Both the position numbers and the translations under genes were made by a program. The notes under the pieces were generated by a model. The model was given only the letters and a program-made list of their open reading frames with translations, did no database searches and was not told the origin of the DNA. Shown here in pieces: positions 9,750 to 19,940 of a DNA stretch of 64,000 bases (position 1 is the stretch's first letter; every line of letters begins with the position of its first letter). The DNA is taken from the NCBI GenBank assembly GCA_029262695.1, contig JAJCYV010000022.1:190886-254885 (forward strand). The letters are read 5' to 3'. The DNA is from Chloroflexota bacterium. GTDB lineage: Bacteria > Chloroflexota > Dehalococcoidia > SM23-28-2 > RBG-16-64-32.

Positions 9750-10979
9750 ATGTCCCATACGAACATCAAAATGTACGGCACCGTCTGGTGCAGCGACTGC
9801 AAGCGCGCCAAGAAGTTCTTTGGCGAGCAGCGCGTCCACTACGACTTCATCGACATCGACGAAGACCCGGAGGGGCTCAAGATCGTCGAAGAAGTGAACG
9901 AGGGCAAGCAGATCATCCCGACTATCCTCTTCGACGACGGATCGAATCTCGTGGAGCCTTCGAACGCGGAGTTGGCGCAGAAGCTGGGCCTCCAGACGAA
10001 GGCTCAGAACAGCTTCTACGACCTGATCGTCGTCGGCAGCGGCCCCGCCGGGCTGACAGCGGCCCTCTATGCCGCGCGCGAAGGCATCGAGACGCTCGTC
10101 ATCGAGCGCGGCGGCGTCGGCGGCCAGGCCGGCGTCACGGAGCGGCTGGACAACTTCCCGGGCTTCCCCGAAGGAATCAGTGGCGACGAGTTCGCGGACC
10201 GGCTGCGGCGGCAAGCGGAGCGCTTCGGCGTCGAGATCCTCTCCGCGCAGGAGGTCACGAAGATCGACGTCGACGAGCCTTACCGCCGCGTGCACACCAG
10301 CGACGGTACCGAGTACCGCGCCTTCGCCGTGTTGCTGGCGCTGGGTTCGACCTACCGTCGGCTGGGCATCCCGGGCGAGGAGGACTTCATCGGCGCCGGC
10401 GTGCACTTCTGCGCCACCTGCGACGGCGCCTTCTACCGCGACAGGGACGTGATGGTGGTCGGCGGCGGCAACTCCGCCGGCGAGGAGAGCATCTTCCTCA
10501 CGAAATTCGCGAAGAAGGTAACGATCGTCACGCGGGACCCGCAGATGACCGCTAGCCGCATCATCGCTGAGAAGGTTGAGGCCCACCCGCAGATCGATGT
10601 GATCACCAGCGCCTCGCCGTCGGAGTTCCGGGGCGAGGACCGCCTGGAGACAGTCATCGTCAAAGACGTCAACTCGGGCGACGAGACCGAGATGCAGCCT
10701 TCGGGCGTCTTCGTCTTCATCGGCCTCTCACCCAACACCGGCTTCGTCCGGGACCTGGTGAAGACAGACGAGTTTGGCTTCATCGTGGCCGAAGGCAACC
10801 TTGAGACGTCGCTCCACGGCGTGTTCGCCGCCGGTGACACTCGCTGTGGGAGCACGAAGCAAGCCGCCTCTGCCGCCGGTGAAGGCGCCGCCGTCGCGCT
10901 CGGCATCCGCAAGTATCTGGAGAGCCACGCCAGCGGAATGCCACGCAACGAAGAAGTAGAAGCGGTCGCCGCGTCCTAG
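9750..10979 (+). CDS. Glutaredoxin/mycoredoxin-like domain fused to thioredoxin reductase
   Basis: N-terminal WCSDC...IPT; GSGPAG, HFCATCDG, GGGNSA, FAAGD. Confidence 0.92.
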   Translation: MSHTNIKMYGTVWCSDCKRAKKFFGEQRVHYDFIDIDEDPEGLKIVEEVNEGKQIIPTILFDDGSNLVEPSNAELAQKLGLQTKAQNSFYDLIVVGSGPAGLTAALYAAREGIETLVIERGGVGGQAGVTERLDNFPGFPEGISGDEFADRLRRQAERFGVEILSAQEVTKIDVDEPYRRVHTSDGTEYRAFAVLLALGSTYRRLGIPGEEDFIGAGVHFCATCDGAFYRDRDVMVVGGGNSAGEESIFLTKFAKKVTIVTRDPQMTASRIIAEKVEAHPQIDVITSASPSEFRGEDRLETVIVKDVNSGDETEMQPSGVFVFIGLSPNTGFVRDLVKTDEFGFIVAEGNLETSLHGVFAAGDTRCGSTKQAASAAGEGAAVALGIRKYLESHASGMPRNEEVEAVAAS

Positions 10980-11133
10980 GCGACCTGGGCGGGCTGCGGA
11001 GAAGACGCACCCGGCGTAGCGGGCCTCAGCGACGCAGGGCTCTGCCTGACACGGCTCGCTGATCGCGCGTGCTATTATTCGCGATTAGTCCGATAGCTGC
11101 GCATATCTACCGAGCTACGGAGGGGGCAATCCA

Positions 11134-12474
11134 ATGCTTTCCAGACTACGAAGCCCGTGGACCTGGGCCGTACTACTTGGGGTTGTGGCGATCGTCGCGG
11201 TCGTGGTCATCGCGGTCAGCGGCGGCGGGTCGGATGAAGACGGCCCGGCCGTCGGGCACATCGATCGCAGCCCAAGCACTCCCATCGAGATTAACGCGGG
11301 GGTGCCGATCGTCATCGGTGTCTCCACCGCTCTGACCGGCTCCGCCGGAGGGCGAGGCGCTGAATACCGCGATGCCGTAATCACAAGCGTCAACCGCTGG
11401 AAAGAGATCAACGGCGACCAGATCGCCGGCCACGACATCGAGATCTGGTCTGAGGACGACGGCTGCACGGCGGCGGACCACACGAGAATCGCGGCGACGC
11501 GTCTGCTCGGGCTGGAAGGCCTGGTCGGAGTAGTCGGGCCGCAGTGCAGCGGCGGCGCCCAGTCTGTCATCCGCACCTACTACCCGGACGCCGGCGTCGT
11601 GACGATCTCCGGCTCGGCCACCAAGACAGACCTCACGACGGACCAGACGCGGAATGGGTTCTTCTTCCGCACCGCTTACCGAAACGACCTCGAGGGCACT
11701 CTTATTGGCCTGTTCACCGTTCAACTTGGCGCGGAATTGGTCTACGTGATCGACGACAACGAGCCGTTCGGGCGCGACCTGGCGAACGCGGCAGCAACTC
11801 TGATGAGGGACGGGGATGTTGACGTCACCCGCAGGAGCATTGACCAGGGAACGGTGGACTTCAGCGCCCTCGCCGCGGAGATAGCCGCGGACAACCCCGG
11901 CTTCGTCGTCTTCACCGGCTTCAACCCGGAGGCAGCGCTCCTCTACCGGCAGATTCGTGACGCCGGCTACGACGGCCTCTTCGGCGCGGGCGACGCGGCG
12001 GCCTCCGTAGCGAACTTCGTGGAGCCGGTCGGCGCTGCAGAGGCGGAAGGAGTACTGTTCTCCGGCTGCCAGTACCCACTGTCCGCGGACTTCCTGGGGC
12101 ACTTCGTGGACCTGCACGGCTACGAGCCCGGCGCCACCTTCACGGCCCAGTATGCAGACGCCGCCACAGTGCTGCTTGACGCGGTTAAGATGGTCGCCAC
12201 GGACGAGAGTGGCACGCTGGTGATCCAGCCCACAGGGCTGCGGGACGCTGTTCGCGCAATCAACATTGCGGACGGCATCTCCGGCGCTCTGGCCTTCGAC
12301 TCCAATGGCGACCGCGTCCCGAAGCCCGGTGATGATCTTTCAGACGTGCAGAACACCGCTCTGGAGGCCCAGGAAGATATCTTCACAACGCTCGGTCTCA
12401 TCCCCTGTCAGGTCCAGGGCGGAGAACTCGTCGCTCTGGGCGGGCCCGGCGCGGGTGAGATTGATCTTCCCTGA
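11134..12474 (+). CDS. Branched-chain amino acid ABC substrate-binding protein (LivJ-like)
   Basis: N-terminal TM anchor; DDGC, VVGPQCSG, FFRT motifs. Confidence 0.85.
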   Translation: MLSRLRSPWTWAVLLGVVAIVAVVVIAVSGGGSDEDGPAVGHIDRSPSTPIEINAGVPIVIGVSTALTGSAGGRGAEYRDAVITSVNRWKEINGDQIAGHDIEIWSEDDGCTAADHTRIAATRLLGLEGLVGVVGPQCSGGAQSVIRTYYPDAGVVTISGSATKTDLTTDQTRNGFFFRTAYRNDLEGTLIGLFTVQLGAELVYVIDDNEPFGRDLANAAATLMRDGDVDVTRRSIDQGTVDFSALAAEIAADNPGFVVFTGFNPEAALLYRQIRDAGYDGLFGAGDAAASVANFVEPVGAAEAEGVLFSGCQYPLSADFLGHFVDLHGYEPGATFTAQYADAATVLLDAVKMVATDESGTLVIQPTGLRDAVRAINIADGISGALAFDSNGDRVPKPGDDLSDVQNTALEAQEDIFTTLGLIPCQVQGGELVALGGPGAGEIDLP

Positions 12475-12531
12475 TGTCTCCAAGACGCCGCCGTAAGCGC
12501 CCGGAAGTGCGCCGCGAAAGGATGCAATGAG

Positions 12532-14868
12532 ATGAGTTCACCTGCTTCTGGAGGAGGACAGTCCTTTACTTCGCGCATCGCTCTCTGGAGTGCTCGCAAC
12601 CGCAAGCTCGTCGCCGGCATCTGGGCTCTCGCAGTCATCGTTGCTCTGGCAGCGTGCTCCACAATCGAGGTCAACGACAACGTCGAGCAGAAGGCACCCG
12701 GAGAGTCAGGAAAGGCCGTCGATCTCTTCAACGACAGGTTCGGTGAGGACGAGGACGCCCTCCAGGAGATCGTCACGTTCTCGCACCCGACGCTGAGCGT
12801 AGACGACCAGGCGTACGAGGACACCGTGAAGGGCCTGATGGCGGACCTCCGGGCACAGCGGGCAGAGAAGACCGAGACGCGGGACGGGACAACGGTGACA
12901 GCCAGCACGCGGATAGTCTCAGACACGACCACCCACTACGACACCGGCCTGCCCGGAGAGGCATCGCCGTTCGTCGCCGAGAATGAGACGGGCGGTGACG
13001 TCACGTTTGCGCTGGTCGCGATCGAGGGCGAGCTTGAGGAGGCGATGGACAACATCGATCCGCTCCTGGAGGCCGTGGCCGACGCAGAGGAGGCGTCCGA
13101 CGGATTCGAGATCCTGATCGGTGGCGACGCCTCGCTCAACAAGCAGATGAGCGAGATCGTCGAGGAGGACTTTGCGCAGGCCAGTCTCCTGAACCTGCCG
13201 ATAACGTTCGCGATCCTCATGATCGCATTTGGGGCCGTGGTGGCCGCGGCCGTACCGCTGGCCCTCGCCTTTACCGCGGTTGCCCTGGCGATGGCAGTCC
13301 TTGCCGTGATCAGCCAGGTGTACGCCTTGGACCAAGCATACCAACAGATCGTCCTCCTGATGGGGCTGGCCACCGGCATCGACTACTCCTTGTTCGTCAT
13401 CAGCCGGTATCGCAACGAGCGCAAGGCGGGACGCTCGAAAGACGAGGCGTTGCAGGTCGCCAGCGGCACGTCGGGCAAGGCGATCGTATTCGCCGGTGCG
13501 ACGACGGTCTTTGCGGTCGCCGGCATGTTTCTTGTGAATGACCAGACCTTCGCCAGCCTCGGCCTGGCGGCGATGACCGTGGTCATCTTCGCCGTCCTCG
13601 CCGCGATGACGCTGCTGCCGGCGATGATCACCATGATGGGCGACAACGTAGACCGCCTCCGGATACCGTTCTTGCCCAGAGCGCAGCAGTGGGGGAGCGA
13701 CGTGTGGAGCAGCGTCGTCGACCGCGTGCTGAAGCGGCCGGTCATCCCTGCCGTGGTGACCGTGGTGGCACTACTGGCGCTGACGTATCCGCTGCTCACC
13801 CTCAACATCGGGTTCAACGGCGTGAAGAGCCTGCCCGAAGACGCTGAGGGCACCAGGGCGCTCGCCAGACTCGAGGAGAACTTCACGCTGGGCCTCGTCC
13901 AGCCGGCCGTCGTCGTCGTAGACGCGGGGGAGAAGCAGAACGTCTTCGCGCCGGAGATCCAGTCGTCGACGTTGGAGCTGGTGCGCCTCGTGGGCGAGGA
14001 TGTCCTATCGGACGCCAACCCCAACGCTTCCTACGGAGAGATCGCACGCGAGCCAGAGTTCAATGACGCGGGCGACACAGGGGCGTTGTTCGTTCCCCTC
14101 AACGGTGACTCCGGGGAGCAGCGCGCCATCGACGCCGTCAACAATCTCCGCGACAACCTGATCCCGGCAGCCTTCGAGGACGGCTCTGCCGAAGCCCTTG
14201 TGACCGGCGAGACGGCCGCGAACATCGACTTCCGGGACAACATCTACGCTAAGACGCCCCTCGTCCTCGGCTTCGTGCTCGGACTGGCCTTCTTGATCCT
14301 CTTGCTCACTTTTAGATCGATCGTCATCGCCGTCAGTGCAATCGTGCTGAACCTGCTCTCCGTTGGTGCTTCCTACGGAGTGCTCGTGCTGGTGTTCCAG
14401 GAGGGATGGTTGCTGGAGGGCGTACTCAACTTCGAGGCGACCGGTATCATCGAGTCCTGGCTACCGCTGTTCGTCTTCGCGCTGGTCTTCGGGATGTCTA
14501 TCGACTACGAGATGTTCGTCATGTCGAGGATCAAGGAGAAGTACGAGCAAGGCCTCACGACGGATGAGGCGATCGCCGAGGGCGTCAAGGGCACAGCCGG
14601 AGTGATCACCAGCGCTGCGGCAATCATGATCGCGGTCTCCATGATCTTCGCGTTCACGCGGCTGCTTGGTCTTCAGCAGTTCGGTTTCGCCCTGGCGGTT
14701 GCCATCGCCGTAGATGCCACAATCATCCGCGCCTTCGTCCTGCCGACCACGATGAAGCTGCTGGGCAAGTGGAACTGGTACCTGCCATCGTGGTTGGAGT
14801 GGCTCCCGTCTCTGCCGATGTCAGAGGACGTGCCGGAACCGCCGGCGGCGCAGCAGCGGGTGACCTAG
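12532..14868 (+). CDS. MMPL/RND family transporter
   Basis: GIDYSLFVISRYR, GMSIDYEMF, DATIIR; two TM bundles. Confidence 0.92.
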   Translation: MSSPASGGGQSFTSRIALWSARNRKLVAGIWALAVIVALAACSTIEVNDNVEQKAPGESGKAVDLFNDRFGEDEDALQEIVTFSHPTLSVDDQAYEDTVKGLMADLRAQRAEKTETRDGTTVTASTRIVSDTTTHYDTGLPGEASPFVAENETGGDVTFALVAIEGELEEAMDNIDPLLEAVADAEEASDGFEILIGGDASLNKQMSEIVEEDFAQASLLNLPITFAILMIAFGAVVAAAVPLALAFTAVALAMAVLAVISQVYALDQAYQQIVLLMGLATGIDYSLFVISRYRNERKAGRSKDEALQVASGTSGKAIVFAGATTVFAVAGMFLVNDQTFASLGLAAMTVVIFAVLAAMTLLPAMITMMGDNVDRLRIPFLPRAQQWGSDVWSSVVDRVLKRPVIPAVVTVVALLALTYPLLTLNIGFNGVKSLPEDAEGTRALARLEENFTLGLVQPAVVVVDAGEKQNVFAPEIQSSTLELVRLVGEDVLSDANPNASYGEIAREPEFNDAGDTGALFVPLNGDSGEQRAIDAVNNLRDNLIPAAFEDGSAEALVTGETAANIDFRDNIYAKTPLVLGFVLGLAFLILLLTFRSIVIAVSAIVLNLLSVGASYGVLVLVFQEGWLLEGVLNFEATGIIESWLPLFVFALVFGMSIDYEMFVMSRIKEKYEQGLTTDEAIAEGVKGTAGVITSAAAIMIAVSMIFAFTRLLGLQQFGFALAVAIAVDATIIRAFVLPTTMKLLGKWNWYLPSWLEWLPSLPMSEDVPEPPAAQQRVT

Positions 14869-16271
14869 ACGGGCGCGCCCGGAGCGACGAGCGGCCACGG
14901 CTGAGCCTTCTCCAGCGCCAGCGCCAGGTCCAGCAGCAGCGCGTCTTCGTGACGGCGCGCGTACGCCTGTAGACCGATCGGCAGGCCGCTCTCCGAAAGG
15001 CCGGCGGGGATTGAGATCGCCGGGTAGCCGGAAAGGTTCGCCGGGATCGTCAGCGCGCCGGCGTTGTAGGGGCTGACGGAGACTTCGCCCACCTGGTACG
15101 GCATCGGCCCCTCCGCGGCGAACGGCTCCATCGGGCTCGTCGCGCAGAGCACGACGTCGGTCTCCTCGAAGAGGTCTGCCATCGCCTCGTTCATCTCGAT
15201 GCGGAACTTCTCTACGGCCGCTCCGTGTTCGGCGCGGTACATCGGCGCCGTGTCCATCCCGAAGGCGATCTCCATCGTCAGGTCGTCACGGCATTCGGGC
15301 CACAAATCACCGAGCTCGGCGATCAGCGAGGGCAGGCCGGAGCGGGCCCAGGCCAGTCCGTTTTCCGGCACGTTCACGTCGATGTCGACGCGAGCCATGC
15401 CGGTCGCTTCGATCAGCACGTCCGCGGCCTTCGTCACGGTGCGCACGACTTCCGGGTGGACGACGGCGTTGCCGAGGTTGGCCGAGAAGGCGACGCGCAG
15501 TCCGCGCAGGTCGCACGAACCCAGGCTCGGCTCCCAGCCTTCCTCCCGGCGCGGCAGGCTGAGGGCGTCGCGCGAGTCATAGCCCGTCGTCACGTCGTAC
15601 CAGCGGGCGGCGTCGCGCACACTGCGGGCCACGGTGCCCTTGACCGCCGCCAGCATGCCGTAGTCGGTGCGGGGGCCGCGCGGGATGCGCCCGTACGTGC
15701 CCTTCATGCCGATGAGGCCGGTGTAGGAAGCCGGCAGGCGGATCGATCCGCCGCCGTCACCGCCCGTTGCCAGCGGCACCAGACCGGCCGCGACCGCCGC
15801 GGAAGAGCCACCAGAGGAGCCGGCGGGCGTGCGCTCCAGGTTCCACGGGTTGCGCGTCGTGCCGTGGACCTTCGTCGATGTGTAGGCGACGAAGCCGAAC
15901 TCCGACGTCGCGGACTTGCCGAGGATCACGGCGCCGGCGCCGCGCAGCCGTTCGACGTGCGTGCAGTCGGCCTCAGCGATGTCATCCTTGAAGACGAGCG
16001 AGCCGTGGCTCGTCGGCAGGCCAGCCGCGTCCTCCATATCCTTCACTAGCAGCGGTACGCCCGCGAAGAGTCCCGGGTCCTCGCCGCCCTTGATGCGCGC
16101 GTCGATCTCGGCGGCGCCTTTGCGCGCGCCCTCGGCGTCCAGAGTCACCAGCGCGTTGACCTTCGACGCCTCGATCGCCGACAGCGACGCCTCTACGGCG
16201 TCCGCCGAGCGCACCTCGCCGCGGCGGATCGCATCGGCGAGCGAGCAAGCGTCATCCAGCCAAACTTCCAT
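14865..16271 (-). CDS. Amidase-signature enzyme
   Basis: [19 protein letters not shown]. Confidence 0.93.
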   Translation of the reverse strand: MEVWLDDACSLADAIRRGEVRSADAVEASLSAIEASKVNALVTLDAEGARKGAAEIDARIKGGEDPGLFAGVPLLVKDMEDAAGLPTSHGSLVFKDDIAEADCTHVERLRGAGAVILGKSATSEFGFVAYTSTKVHGTTRNPWNLERTPAGSSGGSSAAVAAGLVPLATGGDGGGSIRLPASYTGLIGMKGTYGRIPRGPRTDYGMLAAVKGTVARSVRDAARWYDVTTGYDSRDALSLPRREEGWEPSLGSCDLRGLRVAFSANLGNAVVHPEVVRTVTKAADVLIEATGMARVDIDVNVPENGLAWARSGLPSLIAELGDLWPECRDDLTMEIAFGMDTAPMYRAEHGAAVEKFRIEMNEAMADLFEETDVVLCATSPMEPFAAEGPMPYQVGEVSVSPYNAGALTIPANLSGYPAISIPAGLSESGLPIGLQAYARRHEDALLLDLALALEKAQPWPLVAPGAPV

Positions 16272-16457
16272 CGCGACGGGAAGTATACCTTACCGGGCCA
16301 CGGCCGCGCGCATCTCGGCGGTGCCTGCGATAGTGCCTGACGATTGCCGCACCGTTCACGGGGACGTCGTCCTGGCGCGACGGCTGGTGGTAGACTCTGG
16401 ACGCCACAATCGTTCGAATCGGGGGGCACGCCTAGCGGGCGAAACGCGGAGTTCACG

Positions 16458-16667
16458 CTGACAAAACCACCTCACAATCAGTCCGGACGAAGCACCCTCA
16501 AGAACCTAGCACTCGTCGGAGTTCTGGGAGCGCTTGGGGTCGCCACATGCGTATCGGCGGTTCTCGTGATCCCATCCATACTTACTACTGCAACCGTTAT
16601 CGGATTCTCAATTGGCTTCCCGATCTTCCTGATTCGGATGTATGGGTTGATCGCCAAGTCGAGATGA
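16458..16667 (+). CDS. Possible small two-TM membrane protein (start uncertain)
   Basis: 3' part of ORF 16344-16667 is strongly hydrophobic and less GC-rich than its neighbours. Confidence 0.4.
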   Translation: MTKPPHNQSGRSTLKNLALVGVLGALGVATCVSAVLVIPSILTTATVIGFSIGFPIFLIRMYGLIAKSR

Positions 16668-16697
16668 CGTGTGCCACAGACCCGGCCGCCGACGCAG

Positions 16698-18056
16698 TTA
16701 CGCCACTACCGCGGCGCGCATCTCGGTTGCCGAGACGCCGGCGGTGGACTCGACGATGCGGACGGCGGCGCGGGTGACCGGCACCAGGCTGGGCCGGTGG
16801 ATCTTGTCCATCGTGTCCATCGGGTCGAACAGGTAGAACGGCGCCGTCAGGTAGTTGACGATCGGCACGCCCGCGAGGTGGAAGTCGCCGCCGTCGGTCG
16901 TCGGGCGATCGCCGAAGGCGGTCGGCGGCATGATCAGCGAGCGGCCCAGGCCTTCCGCCTCGATCGCCGCCCGCACGTCCTCCTCCAGCTGCGCGATCCG
17001 CGACGTGAACCACCAGCGCGCCTCCGGGTGGCCGGTCGGGGCCAGCTCGCCGCCGGCGTCGGAGTATTCGTTCGCCGCGTGCTCCAGGTGCACCTCCAGC
17101 ACCGTGCGCTCCAACTCCGCCGCGTGATCGGCGATGAAGGACTTGGCCCCCGCGCCGCCTGCCATGTGGCCGGCGTTGAGCAGGAAGACGAGCCGGTGCG
17201 GGCGCTCCGCCTGCGGTACCCGCGACCAGTACGCCGCCTGCGCCAGCACGAGCGCGATGCCGGAGCCGTCTTCGACGGCGGAGGACCACGGCCCGTCGTG
17301 GTGCGAGCCGATGATTACGGTCTCCTCGTCGGCGCCCGGCAGCTCCCCGATGACGTTGTAGGAGTCGATCTGCCCCCGGAAGGAATCGACCTTGAGTCGG
17401 GCGCGGACGGGTCCGGACCCAAGCAGCTCACGCAGCCGTCCCCCGTCGCTGCCGCTGATCCAGACGCCGGGCAGGTCGCGCTCCAGGGCGTCGTACGGCA
17501 CGTAGTAGTCGTGGGAGTCGCCGGGATAGCCGCTGAGAGAGCCGATGAAGGCGGCGGCTCCAGCGGCCATCGACGGCTCCATGACGTCCATGATCTCGCG
17601 CCCGAAGGGGAGGATGTGCTGCGAGCCAACGAACGTGCCGCCGGGGTCATGGAACGACGTAGCCAGCCCGGCGAGGAACGCGTGAGGAATGCGCTGCAGC
17701 GGCACGTCGTACAGCGAGACCGCGCCCTTCACGCGCTCCGGCTCTGCCGCATCGAAGGCGAGGAGACCGGCTTCGACGCCGTCGGTCGGCGCGGAGTGCG
17801 GCAGCGGAAAGCACGGTACGGCGAAGCTCTGGCCGCCGGCGTCGATCGTGAGGCTGGCATCTCGCGGCTCCCAGTACGGCAGCGGAGCGGCCTCTGCGCG
17901 GACGCTTTCAAGGCCCAGTTCGCGGAATCGCTCCTGTATCCACCCCTCGGCCCAGCGGTCGGCGGCGTATCCCGGGCGGCGCACGCCGTGCGAGAACACC
18001 TCCTCGATCCAGGCGTAGATATCGGCTTCGGGCAGGATCAGTTCGTCGCGGAGCAT
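16698..18056 (-). CDS. M28-family metallopeptidase with PA domain
   Basis: IGSHHD, AVEDGSG, HLEH; ATG 18056 follows GGAGG. Confidence 0.8.
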   Translation of the reverse strand: MLRDELILPEADIYAWIEEVFSHGVRRPGYAADRWAEGWIQERFRELGLESVRAEAAPLPYWEPRDASLTIDAGGQSFAVPCFPLPHSAPTDGVEAGLLAFDAAEPERVKGAVSLYDVPLQRIPHAFLAGLATSFHDPGGTFVGSQHILPFGREIMDVMEPSMAAGAAAFIGSLSGYPGDSHDYYVPYDALERDLPGVWISGSDGGRLRELLGSGPVRARLKVDSFRGQIDSYNVIGELPGADEETVIIGSHHDGPWSSAVEDGSGIALVLAQAAYWSRVPQAERPHRLVFLLNAGHMAGGAGAKSFIADHAAELERTVLEVHLEHAANEYSDAGGELAPTGHPEARWWFTSRIAQLEEDVRAAIEAEGLGRSLIMPPTAFGDRPTTDGGDFHLAGVPIVNYLTAPFYLFDPMDTMDKIHRPSLVPVTRAAVRIVESTAGVSATEMRAAVVA

Positions 18057-18721
18057 GGGCAACCTCCGGCGCGATTATAGGACAACGTTGCGCCGGTGAG
18101 TGGCGTATGCCCGACCCATAGCGGCTTGGAGGTGTCCCCTTGATATGGGATCCAGTACAGGTATCCCGTATTGTCGTATGCGCTCACGACCACGACACTC
18201 GCCCTGTTGGCGAACTCCGACAGTTCGCCTAGGCTCAGCTCCGAGCCGGGCGACAACGGCATCCCCGGGTGCGGGACGATCGCGGCAACTAGACTGTAGG
18301 AGTAGCAGTAGGAAAGGAACTTCTCGACTGTCGCGCTTGAGAGATCGCTTGCGGATCGCAGCACCCAGTAGACCCTGGGGCCGAAGTGAAGTGGGGCTTC
18401 CCCGTGACTCGTAAGCCACTTATCGCCCCTCTCTGATAGATCGTCCTCAACAACTAACACTACGTCAGGCTGTGTCAATTCCCCCACAAGTAAGCGAGCG
18501 AGCCCATGGCCACGCGGCCCGACCGAACGCATGAGAAAGGCCGAACCGAACCGATGGGCTCGCTCAGAACTGACTTCTTGCGGCACGTCAGTGAATACGC
18601 GCCCCTTGCGTTCGCCCAGATTCCCCTCAAGAAACTCACCGAAGGACTGGCCCCGGGCCAACGACTCTCTCATGTAGCTGAGCCCCGAGTCGCCCAGTTC
18701 AATTCTTCTCATGGAATCCAC
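18038..18721 (-). CDS. Orphan hypothetical protein, lower GC
   Basis: 227-aa ORF with atypical codon use, lying between direct repeats. Confidence 0.65.
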   Translation of the reverse strand: MDSMRRIELGDSGLSYMRESLARGQSFGEFLEGNLGERKGRVFTDVPQEVSSERAHRFGSAFLMRSVGPRGHGLARLLVGELTQPDVVLVVEDDLSERGDKWLTSHGEAPLHFGPRVYWVLRSASDLSSATVEKFLSYCYSYSLVAAIVPHPGMPLSPGSELSLGELSEFANRASVVVVSAYDNTGYLYWIPYQGDTSKPLWVGHTPLTGATLSYNRAGGCPCSATN

Positions 18722-18772
18722 AGTACCCCTCGGCAGCCTCCGGCGCGATTATAGGACAACGTTGCGCCGGTG
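18063..18772. repeat. 36-bp perfect direct repeat (18063-18098 and 18737-18772)
   Basis: CCTCCGGCGCGATTATAGGACAACGTTGCGCCGGTG twice; reads TATAAT...GGAGG on the minus strand. Confidence 0.95.
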
Positions 18773-18810
18773 TATGCTGTGGTGCGCACACCGCAAGAGA
18801 GGGGCGCAAC

Positions 18811-19869
18811 ATGGCCGGGAAGCTGAGCACGGCGGTACAGGTCGGGTTCGGGCGCGAGAACTGGGAGCGCGCGCTCGACTTCATCGTCGAGGCCGAGAAG
18901 CTGGGCGTCGGATACGCCTGGTCGGCGGAGGCCTGGGGCTCCGACGGCATCTCGCCGCTGGCTTACGTCGCCGCCCGCACGTCGAAGATCAAGCTCGGCA
19001 CGGGCATCCTGCAGGCGGGCACGCGCACGCCGGCGCTCATCGGCATGACGGCGGCGACGATGGCCGCGCTTACGGGCGGCCGCTTCATCCTCGGCCTCGG
19101 CACCAGCGGCCCGCAGGTGATCGAAGGCTTCCACGGCATCCCCTTCAAGCAGCCGGTCACCCGCATGCGCGAGATCATCGAGATCGCGCGCATCGTCCAG
19201 TCGGGCGAGAAGGTCTCGTACAGCGGCAAGGTGTACGAGCTGCCGCTGCCGGGCGGCGAGGGCAAGGCGATCCGCTCGATGATGGGCCAGACGGAGCCCG
19301 TCCCCGTCTACCTCGCGACGCTGAGCCCGAAGAGCCTCGAGATGACCGGTGAGATCGCCGACGGCTGGCTCGGCACGTCGTTCATGCCGGAGCACGCCGA
19401 CGCCTTCTTCGACCACATGCGCAAGGGCGCCGACAAAGCCGGCCGGACGCTCGGCGACATTGATCTGCAGGCGGGCGGCGTGGTGGCGTTCTCGGACGAC
19501 GTCGAGTCGCTCTACCCGCCGCGAAAGCCCGGCCTCGCCTTCACCCTCGGCGCGATGGGCTCGCGCAAGCACAACTTCTACAACCGGGCGTTCCAGCGCG
19601 GGGGCTACGAAGACGTGGCGCAGGAGGCGCAGAGGCGCTGGCTCGACGGCGACCGCCAGGGCGCAGCGGAACTCGTGCCCGACGAGATGGTGGCGCAGAC
19701 GAACCTCCTGGGCACCGACAATATGGTGAAGGACCGCATCCGCGCCTACCGCGACTGCGGAATCACGACGTTACGCATCGACCCGGAAGGCGCGGGCATG
19801 GACGGCAAGCTGGAAACGCTGGGCCGCTTCATGCGCCTGCTCGACGAGGTGAACGCGGAGGCGGCTTAA
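18811..19869 (+). CDS. LLM-class (probably F420-dependent) oxidoreductase
   Basis: WSAEAWGSD, GRFILGLGTSGPQVIEGFHG, GEIADGW. Confidence 0.92.
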   Translation: MAGKLSTAVQVGFGRENWERALDFIVEAEKLGVGYAWSAEAWGSDGISPLAYVAARTSKIKLGTGILQAGTRTPALIGMTAATMAALTGGRFILGLGTSGPQVIEGFHGIPFKQPVTRMREIIEIARIVQSGEKVSYSGKVYELPLPGGEGKAIRSMMGQTEPVPVYLATLSPKSLEMTGEIADGWLGTSFMPEHADAFFDHMRKGADKAGRTLGDIDLQAGGVVAFSDDVESLYPPRKPGLAFTLGAMGSRKHNFYNRAFQRGGYEDVAQEAQRRWLDGDRQGAAELVPDEMVAQTNLLGTDNMVKDRIRAYRDCGITTLRIDPEGAGMDGKLETLGRFMRLLDEVNAEAA

Positions 19870-19940
19870 CTTAGCGCACGCTTGACAGAGCGCGGCCGCT
19901 CCGCCATAAGTAGTCCCGTACGCGTGAGCGAGGCATCCCT

